Assembly: GCA_030141605.1 (NCBI GenBank)
Contig: JAQGDQ010000429.1
Span: 1 to 64,000, forward strand
Reading direction: 5' to 3'
Source: Tubiluchus corallicola
Taxonomy: Eukaryota; Animalia; Priapulida
DNA length: 64,000 nt
Below, piece by piece: positions 1-13,116 of the stretch. The number at the start of each line of letters is the position of its first letter. Positions within the stretch are counted from its first letter, which is position 1. A program made the translations under genes and the position numbers. The notes beneath the pieces were generated by a model. That model was given only the letters and a program-made list of their open reading frames with translations. It made no database searches and was not told where the DNA came from.

Positions 1-502
1 CCCTATAAAAAGCACAGAAATAACTCGTTTTAATAGCTTCATTAACATTTCCTATTCGTTTTATTTTCAGATCTTCGTTTCGCTGAACATCAGAATTCTT
101 CTAGCAGCAACAAAAGTGTGGTCAGATGCTGATCGGGTTGATCTCATTACAAATGATATTGAAAGCAGTTTAAATAACTTCTGCGCATATAGAAGATCTA
201 GTGAAATCGGAAATCTGGATGCGGCAATTTTGATATCGTAAGCAATGGCTATACAGTTATCGTTATAATTATCTTTATGAAAGAACCATCATAAGGATAC
301 AAAGTATACATAAAATACAAAAGTAAAGTAAAGTAAAGTAAAGTAAAGTAAAGTAAAGTAAAGTAAAGTAAAGTAAAGTAAAGTAAAGTAAAGTAAAGTA
401 AAGTAAAGTAAAGTAAAGTAAAGTAAAGTACAAAGTAAAGTAAAGTAAAGTAAAGTAAAGTAAAGTAAAAAATAAAGTAAAGTAAAGTAAAGTAAAGTAA
501 AG
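1..502 (+). repeat. Inverted copy of ~1525-2038, including a duplicated ADAM exon (71-237) and an (AAAGT)n tract
   Basis: Positions 1-317 are the reverse complement of 1722-2038 (x pairs with 2039-x). The + strand exon tttcag|71..237|gtaag mirrors minus exon 1802-1968. The copy runs off the window edge. Confidence 0.92.
318..502. repeat. (AAAGT)n pentanucleotide microsatellite, interrupted
   Basis: Tandem AAAGT units with interruptions near 431 and 466-473; explains the spurious LLYFT ORFs. Confidence 0.97.
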
Positions 503-563
503 TTTGCAGTCCAGCAGCGTGCCTTTAATAAAAGTTTTATGGTTTTCCTCAGCACACACTCAC

Positions 564-3179
564 CTAGGATATGAAGACATAACACAGTAACTGTCGCCAC
601 AGGCATCATCAGCATCATGATCCATGCCTAACAAATGTCCCAATTGGTGAGCAACGTTAAGGGCTGTTTGAAGAATGGAGTTCTCATTCAACTAGGAATG
701 CAAAAGACGTCTTTCATGCTTACTTTGTACAACCTACACTTGCAGACAAAAACTTACTATTGTTCACTATAGATGGCGCTAAATTAGACAAATGGTCTAA
801 ATAAACAGCCCAATAACCAGGAAATTATTAGTTCCAAAACTCCATACCGCTTACTCGAGGGAAACTTTTAAAAAATAAGTGTCCAGAATATCCTGATAAT
901 CAAGCAAGCTAAAATCCTTCCCCTTGATGCAAATATTTTGTTGCTGAGCAATAAAACTGGATGATAGCTAATCTAGTAATAATTATAAAACTGCTGTGAT
1001 GACTCACAGAATTATCCTTCTGTCAATATTTCTGAAACGACAGCCCGAAACCGCAACACTAAGCTACAATACATTGCTGCTTCAATGCAACTGTAAAAGT
1101 TTCAAACAAAAAACACAAACATTGAAGTTTATACCAAGACGAGTCCGCAGGATAGCTTAGTGGTGCAGATGGAACTCTTGTATGAAATTCCAAAAGTCTG
1201 AGTCGTAGACCAGGCCGATGACAAGTCCTTTCCACTGAAAGAAAAGTCAGAAACTATTGGAAACAAAAAGCGTAACATGTACTTATTTTAACTTCCAAAA
1301 AGTTAATAGCCATGGCAGCTGCGACGTAATTAATAAAATAAATTATTTGGGATTTGCTTATCCAATAAAGTGTAATAAGTGTTGATTTAATTATATAAAT
1401 ATATTTGCATTCAAATAGGCAAATTTTTTAGCATACAAGCTTGTAGCTTGAAGTATGTATGGTGCTAGAGTACTATATATGGCGCTTCATAAAAATATAA
1501 TACTTCCCAGTATTGGTAGACTTGTACTTTACTTTACTTTACTTTACTTTACTTTACTTTACTTTACTTTACTTTACTTTACTTTACTTTACTTTACTTT
1601 ACTTTACTTTACTTTACTTTACTTTACTTTACTTTACTTTACTTTACTTTACTTTACTTTACTTTACTTTACTTTACTTTACTTTACTTTACTTTACTTT
1701 ACTTTACTTTACTTTACTTTGTATTTTATGTATACTTTGTATCCTTATGATGGTTCTTTCATAAAGATAATTATAACGATAACTGTATAGCCATTGCTTA
1801 CGATATCAAAATTGCCGCATCCAGATTTCCGATTTCACTAGATCTTCTATATGCGCAGAAGTTATTTAAACTGCTTTCAATATCATTTGTAATGAGATCA
1901 ACCCGATCAGCATCTGACCACACTTTTGTTGCTGCTAGAAGAATTCTGATGTTCAGCGAAACGAAGATCTGAAAATAAAACGAATAGGAAATGTTAATGA
2001 AGCTATTAAAACGAGTTATTTCTGTGCTTTTTATAGGGAGAAATGATAAAGAAATCGTCCTTGGCTATCACCCGAGCTCAAGACTTCCTGCTAACAAAAC
2101 ATAGCACCCGAGCTCAAGACTTCCTGCTAACAAAACATAGCACCCGAGCTCAAGACTTCCTGCTAACAAAAAAGGATACTTTACCAAATGAGTTGCCTTT
2201 GACAAGGTCGGTTAAAGAACACCTAGCTTCAAGCGCTTTATGACAAACTCTTTTTCTGAGTATTTTGTCTGTTTTAAACACGTTTCACGACAAGTATCCA
2301 AAATTCTTTAGATTGCAAGCCAAGTCTGCAAAATAATTTCATATTGATGGAATAAGAATTTCATTTTCTTACGAAACTTTCTCTCAGAGTGTTGGAATCC
2401 ACTATGTTTTCAGATGAAAAACAGTAATTTATCCATAATGGGCAATTAGTATACGACGTTTTTTTCTTACTTACTGCATTAATATGGCCACCAATGTCAT
2501 TCAGAAATTCGGTTGTACGCTCCGCGTCTCTTCCAAATTCAGTAAAAAGAGACTTGTCTGCTATTAATGCTAGCTCAATGTACCTAGTTTTCGTATCGTT
2601 CTCCAATACAGCTTCCCTTTTTACCTAAAGAACATTGTAAAGATCAGCTACTAACCAATAAAAACAACAAACAAACACTGCCTAATCATTAAGGAATTGC
2701 TTTGAGAGATTTAATTGAAATAAATCGCGTGTATGCCTAGAAACGATGTTGCTATACTGTTCCATTAATTTTTGTATTATTTTGCCTATTGCTTGAGATG
2801 AATTTCAAAAACTAGGTTCTATTAGATATTACTATAGCTATTAAGACGCGAAAGGAACTGAAAATTTCGGTAAATGCAGTTGAACTACCAAACACTGAAA
2901 AGAATTTATAAATATCAAAAGGTTTAAACATTTTTCTTTCTGCAATAGCTAAACAGTCGGAGTTTTTCGTAATTATCTTGGGCTAAATTCCTCACACACA
3001 AGAAATTAGTTGGTGGAGCGGATTAGGGTTGGGATTAAGGTTAGGGCTGGGCTAGGGTTAAGGTATTTAAATTGTGTGGGGAATTGTAAACTCCTTCCTT
3101 ACCTTAGTATGTAGCTTACTGGAGTCTGCGTTATACCCGTTCAAAGCAGTACTGCACGTTGGCTTCTTAGCAGCCCTTC
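564..3179 (-). CDS. ADAM/reprolysin (M12B) metalloprotease-like gene, partial; catalytic Glu replaced by Gln
   Basis: In-phase exons 3179-3103 (KPTCST, cysteine-switch-like), 2624-2475 (VKR|EAVLENDTKTRYIELALIADKSLF), 1968-1802 (LNIRILLAATKVW...LNNFCAYR...DAAILIS), 1234-1135 (FGISYKSSICTTKLSCGLV), 691-564 (AHQLGHLLGMDHD...CVMS, Met-turn). 5' exons unresolved; 3' part not found in the window. Confidence 0.88.
1525..1720. repeat. (ACTTT)n pentanucleotide microsatellite in an ADAM intron
   Basis: About 39 near-perfect ACTTT units. Confidence 0.97.
2069..2171. repeat. 36-bp minisatellite, ~2.9 copies, intronic
   Basis: Unit cacccgagctcaagacttcctgctaacaaaacatag starts at 2069, 2105 and 2141. Confidence 0.93.
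2986..3092. mobile_element. Short TIR element with internal degenerate TTAGGG repeats (copy 1)
   Basis: aattcctcacaca ... tgtgtggggaattgtaaact around ttaggg/ttggga/ctaggg hexamers; same flanks as 15217-15372 and 21637-21806. Confidence 0.75.
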
Positions 3180-3459
3180 CTTAAGTTTTAAATAAAAACA
3201 CAAACATTATTAAAGGATCGTATAACTCAGTTACCCGATTTAATTAAAGTTCTAGGCACTCGCGTACTCATATTTTCATGGCTAGTGCTGTTTGACGTTT
3301 AGGCTGTTCAACGTACAAACATCCTTAGCATAAATTATATTTTTATAAAAGATTTTCAATCCAATTCAAAGAATCCCAGACAATTCAACGAGATTTTCAA
3401 GTCGACTTTAAACATACAATTCGTTTAGTTGCTGTAACTCACTAGACAAGCATAGATAG

Positions 3460-3555
3460 AAGGGAGAAGAGAGAAAGAGAGAGAGGGAGAGAGAGGAGGG
3501 AGAAAGAAAGAGAAAAAAAGACAGAGGGGGAAGAACGAGAGAAAGAATGAAAGAG
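3460..3555. repeat. GA-rich simple repeat
   Basis: Almost purine-only (GA)n/(GAAA)n tract. Confidence 0.85.
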
Positions 3556-6056
3556 GTACAGAAAGTTCGGGCGAAGCGAGCAGCGGTGCAAAAGTCAAGA
3601 TGAACGAGGATCTTAATGCATTTTAGCCTGTGATTACTTTTGTCCTTTACGTCTTCCTGAAAATTTTTTAATTTTTAGAGGCACTATATTAAATTAAAAA
3701 GTAAGTCAGTTACAATAGCCACTTATGAACTAAAAGCAAATTACTGTAAAAGAACTATGTTTATATTCACATAAATGCACTATTATATTAGTATAAGCCT
3801 AACAGTTATAATCATTATCATTATGTCCTGTTATGACGACAAAGGGCAGAATGACTAAAGTGACCAAAACATCATTCTAACCGTGTTATAGTTACATCTG
3901 TTTGTCTGAGCCAATCTTGGAGTCTTTACTGATTTATATGTTTTGCATTCTGCATAGCGCGTTATATTTTGGGGTGAAAAGCGGGATGCTTACAAATTTT
4001 GATTTCTTACGTGCATCATCTTGTTTATCCGCGAGATGCGTGATTACACAATAAAATACTAAACATTTTATAGTTTCTTACCAATCCTCTCCGGTGCTCC
4101 CAGCATTAACCTAGTTCTACAGAATATCAAGAAAAGGACTATGAAATACGGAGCCATTCGGTTACAGTGAAACATTTTAGATCATCAGTTAATTCTTCCT
4201 TTTGTCACTCAAGAGGTAGTTGTCAACTCAAGTTCATAGCATCAGTACATGAATATTTCTTATAATATATAAGCTACTACAAGCTGCGCAGCACTATTAT
4301 CTTTCTGACCAACAGGACTGGTTGTACAGCAAAGCAGCAAAATAATTTTGCCATTGTGCCCACTTCCTGCTTATGAACGAAATACTCACGAACCGGAACA
4401 ACAACCGGAAACGAGTAATGCTGCAACCTACGCTGGTGTGGTGACGATGAAGTAGTCTTGCCTCACATATCGCCCGTAGGCTATTATCAATGATACATTC
4501 ATCACGCAGAAATATTAGGATTATGTGACCAGTTATCACGAATAATACGAATAACAAAACATTAATTCTCGGTATTTGAATGCCATGCAGGCATGCATCA
4601 TCCGCTTTCATATAAAACTAAAATACCAAGAGTACTTACGTAAAGAATAGCTTAATTAGCATTAGCACTAAAATAGAAACAGGAGACCTTAATGTAGAAA
4701 AAATGTATATCAGTTTAAATTATAATATTTTGTATGTAAACATCCTTTGGTCGCTCTTACGTCCTTTAGTCACTGCTATGAATAACTAATTATTCCGAGA
4801 ACGTTTAAATATTTGGATTTAAATCAGTATTAATATGATATTATATTATATATTATTAGTATCAGTATTATTTTTATATTACGATAGGCATGCGTAAACA
4901 AATTGCATTGTTGAATATTACTTTATTTGGAATAATCATTTTGAATAACAATCCGTATCACATTAGAAGGCGCAGTTAAGCAGTATCTCTGTACATCTCT
5001 TCTGCACCCTAATGACTATTTTTATTGATTAACAATAATTTAGTGTTTTTATTCATTTTACTACCTGTGTAATTTTATAAGTGTCAAATAAACCAAACTA
5101 AACTTACGGTTTGTTGCCATCGAGTAACGTTAACGGCACGACTGTTTTAACAACAGTTGCGTAATATTTAAAACACTGCCAACTAAATTATTAGAATTGT
5201 TATAACTGCGTTACAGGCAACACACTAATAGTCTTGACCTGTTCATCTGCACTATCTGAACAGTATGTCATTGGTACATTTTCGCTGTTATCTACAGACA
5301 TGGAATTAACAATTTTATTAATCGATCTTCTTTGTAATGATCTGAACTTTTTTAATTTTCATTTATATGTTAGACCCAAAATTAAGTTACAATAGTTAAG
5401 ACTGTCATTAAAATCAGTTAAGACAGTCCATCCATTAAAATCATTTTATGTCAAGGGATTGTAGATTCTTTATTGTTTCAGCAATACTTTGATGTAATAA
5501 ATTATTCTGTGCTATTACTTGCTCTCCCACATTTCCCCCAGTAAATGTTATGTTACTGTATATCCATGTAAATGATTAAAATTTATGCAAAATTTTTATA
5601 GGCCTTGCCAGTTGAATAATGCTTATGTAAAGGTTTTTTAAAATATGATTTTAATTTTGATACACATATTTTAACATTTCTAATCATTCGGAAGAAAAAA
5701 GTAACATAATTATGAAGAACAATGATTCTGTAACAGTCCGCTCCGGTATGACGCCGGTTGTGTTTCTTGCTTTGTGTCAGAGAAAAGAACTGGAAATCAA
5801 AATTCTGGTGACGTTACCAAGATTTTCCTTATTGTTCAATATGTTTTGATACAAATTACAAAATAAACGTTATATAAACAAAGGTTAAAAATTTAAGGAT
5901 TTTTCGTTAGAATTTGAGCAGAATGAATATACGAAAGAGTATAAATTGCATCATACTGAGATAAAATGTTTTGTAGCATTAATCCAAAATTTTAGATTAA
6001 ATTTTTAGCAGGTTAGAAGGGCAACACTAGGCGGTTACTCAGCTGTAATTGGCATA

Positions 6057-7335
6057 ATGGCGTTCTTTACGCACCTTGTAATTGTGCAGTTACTTTGCCT
6101 GATTGGAATATTCTTCGTAACACTTGTTGCCTGCATTCTGCCGCTAAAATTGATAAGGTAAGTGATGTCTGCATTTTCTTTAATTGGTTTATGAATGGTT
6201 GTCTAATAAGTAATATTATTCATAATTAATACTTTGTTATAAGTCTCTTGGTACAATTGCAGAATTATCCACTTGTGTACCTGCTTGAAAGTTGCTTCTA
6301 TGGATCATTGTTTGTTTCTTTTGTTTATTGTTTTTATTTATTTGCAGCTTAAAACAGAACAAATATATGTCACCAAACATGGAAAGAGTTGTATCCTTCC
6401 TGAATTGTCTTTCAGCAGGTGTTTTCATTGCAACATGTTTCCTTGGGCTGCTACCATTTTCCCGCTCAAAGTTTGACACTTTGCTGAAAACTATGGGACA
6501 TGAGTCGCACATTCCATTTGCAGAAGCTACTGTGCTGCTTGGATTCTTTTTAATATTGTTTATTGAACAGTCTGTGATGAAATGGCAAGATAGAAAGGAC
6601 TGTCACTTTGATCAAGAAATGTCTGTGTTGCACACATATGAGCCACTTTCCACGGGTGATGACTACAACCAAAATAACTGTAAGAACGATGGCTCAAATG
6701 TGACGCTAAACAGTTCACCCGAAAATGTGTCTACAAAAGAATATCAAGACGTTTCAGAAGCTTCTTCAAACTGTAGTCTATTAAGCAAGAGAGATGGTGA
6801 AGACTCGTCATTCCCTGGCCATGACTCTGGTGGGCATGGACACAGCCATGATCTAACCAATCTCATCACTCAAGGGTCCTCACTTAGATTTTTCATATTC
6901 CTTTTTGCCATTAGCACACATTCTGTATTTGAGGGCATCGCACTGGGTCTTCAAGAAGAACTGGACAAAGTTTTAAACCTGTTCTTTGCAATCTTACTTC
7001 ACGAAACCTTGGTTTCTTTTGCAATGGGAGTGAGCTTGGCTAGGTTAAAGTTTAAATTTTCTACCGGCTTAAAGTTTGCCTTGTTGTTTTGTGTCATGAT
7101 TCCAGTGGGCATTGTCATAGGTTTGCTGATCAGTAATGCACACAGCGTTGCCGGTAGTTTTATCTCTGCGTTTCTGCAGGCTGTTGCAGCTGGTGTTTTT
7201 ATACATGTGACTTTTTTAGAAATGCTTCCTTCTGAACTGAATGGTCGTGATAGACTCTGGAAGGTATCATTCTTTTTTACAGGCTATGCGATTCTGTGTG
7301 CACTTACAGTAGCTGTACAAACTTTCAAATCTTAG
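6057..7335 (+). CDS. SLC39A3: Zinc transporter, ZIP subfamily II (ZIP1/2/3; SLC39A3-like), ~362 aa
   Basis: Exon 1 6057-6157 (MAFFTHLVIVQLLCLIGIFF...LPLKLI, gtaag donor) joins in phase to exon 2 6348-7335. Motifs: LNCLSAGVFIATCFLGLLP, His loop GHGHSHD, TM4 HSVFEG, TM5 LLHETLVSF (HET as in ZIP3), AAGVFIHVTFLEMLP. Paralogue assignment among ZIP1/2/3 is tentative. Confidence 0.9.
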
Positions 7336-7923
7336 AGGCTGCTAAATATTTGCTATGCATTACGCATACATGGTAATTGCAAATTACTTTTGTACTAGTA
7401 AGGTCTAGTTTTGATCAGTTATACAATTATAAGCCAAAGAATGGTCCGAACCTGCTTCGCAGTGTTTCCTTAATTTTTGGTTTTTATTATACTTATATTT
7501 GATGTAAACTATTTCTGTACTTAATGATTTCTTTAAATGTGATAACATAATTATTATGGTGCTACCGTATTACAAAGGCATTTGTGTCCTTGTTAGGTAC
7601 AAGAGCTATTTTCCCTGCCACTTTTTGATAGAATAATTATGCAGAATATTTCACAGAAATGATTTTGAAATTTTGTTAGAATATTCACAGAGGAGTTGCC
7701 TTAGCAGGTTGCCCACTGCCGTACCAGCATCTCCCAGACTCCACTGTGAAAATAGCCATTGCAATGTCCTAAACAAACAATGTCCTAAAAATATTTCCAC
7801 AATGTTCGGATTTGCAGTAAAATGAAAAAGTTAAGCTCAAAATTATTCACAAGAACACCATCTTATTCAGCACTCAATGGCTGATGCTTGTGGCTCAATG
7901 GCTGGAACTAGGAATCGTTATTA

Positions 7924-8462
7924 AGGTAAAATCCAACCCTCAAACAACATTCATTGTATTTTAATGTACACTTACAAATATTGAAATTACTACATAATAT
8001 ATGTGCATAAAATCTTTAGCTTGAAAATGCAAAAGAAATTTTAATCATTCTTATCTTCCGTTAAACGAACAATGCTGCGGTCATATTTGAGAAAAATGAC
8101 ATAAGTTGGTGGACAGCATGAAGGCTTCTGCAGTTCACTCAGAAATTCTGCTATTCTAGCTGACTGAATCTTTGTACTGCAACGTAAAAATCAGTTATCA
8201 GATAAATCTTATTAATTTTAAAGTGTTGAATAGCTTTAATCCAAAAGATTATACCTGACAATGTTTAAGTACTACACAATACAATTACAGATAAGCATGA
8301 AATTCTACAAGACTGTGAGCATACAGTAGGTGTTGGGCCAGTTACTTAGCTTATAAACTTCAGTTTTAGCTCCTTAACATAATTATTCTGTTATTTTGTC
8401 GGAGTTAACTAGAATTTGGTGTATATTAAAATTTGAATGTTGTTCGAGGGTTGGATTTTCCT
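7924..8462. mobile_element. MITE with ~29-bp terminal inverted repeats
   Basis: Left aggtaaaatccaaccctcaaacaacattca; reverse complement of right end aggaaaatccaaccctcgaacaacattca. Confidence 0.8.
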
Positions 8463-9998
8463 GGATTTATTATGTTATGTAACTGCTTTTGATTACATAG
8501 TGGCAACAAGCAAAAAAATAATAGTGACTGTAGTTACAAAAGAACTTCGCTCAAGCACCTGAAGGATAAGTGCTTACAATGCAAAGTAATCGGATGAAGC
8601 CGTTCAAAATGAGCACCCAGACATGAAGTCATTGCTATATTAAATTGATTTTAGTAATTACATGAGGTGCTCTCATCACAATTTCATTGCTGAAACTTTC
8701 TAACATTTTTCTCAAATATTAAAATAATTTCATCTTACTGAGAGATTTGGCTTTTGCTTAAAGGATAATTGTTTAAAATGAAGCAGCAGAGATGCCGTAC
8801 TTAACAACTACATTCGAACATGTATATATGCTCTCACAATGTGTAAACAGTCAGCATTTATTGCTAATGAAACTGCCCAGAAGTGATTTTTTGATAGTCA
8901 CCCCTTTATTTACTAATGGAGCCAAGTGTTGCTTAAATTTGATCATTGTCTACTATTTCCTTTGCAGTCATATGGTATCTGTATAAAATGTCTTAAGTAG
9001 CTGCTATTCAAGTACTATACATGACTGTTACAATAATTTTCTCACGTGGGCTTATTTTTTATTTTTATACAAGAAACATGTTTGTGAACTTTGCCCATAT
9101 TTTTTTCATGTTTGTATTTTCTGTGCTTTAATGTGCTCTGTGATTTTTACTTTTGTATGTTGCTGGTTAAAAACATTAAGTTTTTCTATAGCGAAAGTCA
9201 GGTACAGTAATCTTTTATATCGAATTCTGACAAAATTTCCAAATTTATGTCAATTTGTCTGATTTTTATTCTGGTGACTTAAAATAGCCTATTAATGTGT
9301 GTCGCTGTGTATAGGTTAGCATAATAGAGTAATTGTAAGCTTTGTTTTGATTTCATTGTTAATCTTGGAGTTTACTGGCCTAACATGACGTATTGCGCAG
9401 AGTTGGGCAAATGAAGTTATGCAGCATTTCTCTTTTGAATCACTTAGTGCATGATATATTGTTAATATGATCTAGGAATTTGGTTAGCTACTGAGTGTTT
9501 TAGGTAGATTTGGGTTTTTTAGATGTTTTGCAATTGAATGATAGATGCTGTGTGCGTAATTTATGCATTTACAAACATTTATGCAAAAACAATAACTATT
9601 GTTGTCACAAGTCTAGAATACCAATTGATTATAAGCAAGTGAATGAATTATATAGGTGTCTGTTGATTAATGTTTATGATTATGTGATTAACAAGGATTT
9701 TGGCAGCTAAATGGCTTTAACAAATTCTTTTTTAGAATCCAATGTTTAAGCCTAAGTAAAGTGGAAACAAATAAAAAAATTGTCATCAGAATAAAATTCC
9801 AACCTACATTGCTTGTCCAACCACTTTCTTTATAGGCTCAGCTGTTACATTAAATACTTTTAGATATCAAGCTAAACAAAACCAAAATGAAGGAAAGAAA
9901 CTGCAGTTAACTGACGCTTTCGAAAATGATAAACAACAGAAAAGCAAAGTTAAATGAGACTGCGGTTAATGCGTCATATTATATGAAGTGTCTTTTAA

Positions 9999-10605
9999 CG
10001 GAAAACCGGGCCCAATGAACTGTCGGTTAAAACAATCTATTCTTTAAAATATTGAAAGGGAATATACTAATTTTTTCAAAACTGATTTATGTGAAAGAAT
10101 TACTATCACACGATTTCAATTTTGCATTCGCGCGGCAAGTTCTTCGCTGTTACATGCATTTCTCCATTCGTTAATTAAATGGGCACTAGTGCGCATTTTG
10201 GAAACATGTTGCACAAAAAAATAGGTGCTGTACCTCTCGTTTCTGAGGTGTTCGTTTGTGATGTAGTACACACGATCGACACCTCATGCATGAACACAGC
10301 GGTAAATTTGAATTTTTATTTTAAAACTTGCCCATTTCTAGTACAAAACACTGACTCTCTTACATTAGCACTGTACTTCAGTTTTCGCTTTCGCCTACAC
10401 GTGCAACACGCTCATGGAATGTTTGTGTCATTGAAAATTATGTTCATTTGTGATATCATCAATAGTTGGGCTCGCCTGCCATTAATTAAGATTTTAATCT
10501 ATTATTTAATCATTAGAAACTCTTTTGCAGTATTATTGGTGTTAAAATGTATACTTTTTACCGTACTTCAAAATGCTGTAGGATATGAAAAATCATCCTC
10601 TTTTC
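9999..10605 (+). mobile_element. ~600-bp non-autonomous DNA transposon, family B (copy 1)
   Basis: Shares long blocks (agttcttcgctgttacatgcatttc; cttttgcagtattattggtgttaaaat; ggatatgaaaaatcatcc) with ~36010-36545 and ~49200-49677; short TIR ggaaaaccggg/cccgttttcc. Confidence 0.8.
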
Positions 10606-13116
10606 ATATAAACTGATTCAAACCTCTGGTAGTTAAACTAAGTGCCTTCTATTTCTGTGATATTTGAATGGCCTTTGTGCAACTTATAATATTACTTTTG
10701 AGTTTTTGCTCCTCTGCAATTTTTTAATTAATGATACCCTACATGTTGTAGTTCTATTGGTTATCAACTTTAAATTATTAATTACTTCTACACGATGTTA
10801 TCAGTCAAGGCGACGAAATATCATGGTTATGTAATTCACTGTTGCTGTGGAGATGGAATTAATAATTATTTTCTAGTATATGAATGTGTTGCATATTTTA
10901 TTATTATTGTTTTTTATTAATACATGTACTGAATATTTTATTATTACGAAATATAAAACACATATATTACATTTTGCTGTAATTTCTCACAATCTTTATT
11001 TAATTATATTTTCTACAAACACAAATTTATTGTTATACGTTTATTAATAGCACTGCTTGCGGTTTTAAGCCAAATATGTTTGCATATTAATCAAACAATT
11101 TAATATAACCGGATACGTGCTACTTTGGGGGCAGAATGAACTTTTACAACCTGGAAAAACATTTCTCACAAAAATATATAAAACTGCCCGCATTAAGAAC
11201 AAGTCAAGCTGTTTCCTGCACAAGTACAATCTCACACAGATTATCAACTGCTTAATAACAAAAATACATCTCTATCTAAAAATGAACATAAATACTAGGG
11301 CATGCACATAATGTTCTTCCATTTTAAACTGTTAAAGCAATAGCTGTACAATATGCAGAGTAGTACTTCAACTTGTAATAAATAACGAAACTGCTTACAG
11401 GTGTAAGTACTTGGTATTACAAAGAAACGAGTTAAGTAAATGCAATACACAGGTTAACCAAGATACTGAAATAGTCAACAATCCTTCCACATGTTTCAAC
11501 TTGCTTTCAGGTTCATAATCTGTGTTGGTAAGTAATCACTAAAAAATGTTAAGTGCCATAGTTTGCTTTGTACATACTAGTGATACGGACACATACTAAA
11601 TTCTGGACAGTAACAAACTCAATATAGCTTAACTGCTACTCATTTTAATCAATTACTTGTTACGATATAAATTGTTATTATTTAGGATCAAGAATGTTCC
11701 TAATTGCTGCTAATTAAATAATACAAAATGAAGTTAAGCATGAAACATCGATTTACTCTGATGAACAAAAAGAGAAAGAGAATAAATGTATCTGCAGTGG
11801 GGTAAACTAACTTAACACAAATCCCTGCATTAACCTGCGTATAAGTCGTACGTTAATTAAAAACAATATAAAAATACCGTATTACAACTAACTGTACATA
11901 TTTACATGGGATACATCCTAACTGCACCATGAAATATCACCTCTAAGTCTAGCATTCGCATTAAGTTCAATTATTCAATATATGCATATTTCTCAGCTTA
12001 AAAAGTGCAGCAATTTCATTCTGAGTTTTGTTGGCTTACTTGCATGAACATTAATAAACTAACTACTGCTAAAGACCCATAAACGTAAACGAGCTTTGAA
12101 AAACAGATTTTAAAGTGCAGTTCTCTGACAGAAACAGGGAATGCTTCAGTTAATACTTGATTGCTTAAGCAAGTTTCTTCCATCTAGCTACATATTTGCA
12201 CACTTTTAACTCTTTTGATGGATAGTAATTGAAAATGATTAATCATTAAGAAGCAAAATGCCTTTCTGCAATGAGTAAGATTAATAAATAGACAACTTTT
12301 CAGAAGCTCAATCTGTTGACAAATCTAGACCATTTTCAAAGCTTTTTTGCATGAACGTGTTCTCTATACAACATTAATGTAACACACGTCTAATCTAGTG
12401 CTCAAAGAAAATTCAGCTCTAAGCATCTTTTAACAATTTAGAATGCTGTACAAGAGGCTAACAGCGGCTAAAATAAATCATCATGTCATTAATATTAAAA
12501 CTAAAACTAAACTTAAAATGCATTACAGGCCGGCAAGATTAGGTCATTAGCATACATTAAGCAGTTAAGCAAAAAAATGAGTCAAAACTTAGCTTTGGTG
12601 CAACATGGGCAAGAACATACAGTAATACCTCGATATACACATTAAATACATATCTTGAGAAGGCTAAGGCATTCATACAACGGCAGGCAGTATAAAATAC
12701 AATGACAATATCAGTCTCTTTCCTGCTATAGCAAAAGAACTGTACCTCTCATTCTGACAGTACACTTTATATTAACTGTGTGATTTTAATACTTACATTC
12801 ATACCTTGGGCTTTTTGTACATATTATTAGCAAATGGTTGGATTCTAAACAGATTTAAGAGATTCGGAATGGTACGATCCAAGCCCACATGAATTTTTTG
12901 CCTGCAAAAATGTATTAATAGCTCTCTGCTATCCACCACTTGTATAATATCGAAACATTACTGCATATTAAACTTAATTTATTACATCAAGTACAAGTAA
13001 CCAAAAATACACTAAATATTTAGCATAATAAACATAAAAATACTTAGTATAATAAGCATTTTAGGCCATAAACATATTAACAGTAGCAAACTATGAAATA
13101 CACATGTTTGTGTAGT

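Noticed and set aside
275-1790. LLYFT-repeat ORFs (275-618, 1455-1790)
   Set aside because: Translations of the (ACTTT)n microsatellites within introns.
4011-4740. Possible 5' exons or signal peptide of the ADAM gene (ORF 4297-4611, short exon candidates near 4011-4110 and 4640-4710)
   Set aside because: Several splice-like signals, but no recognisable prodomain motif or unique phase solution.
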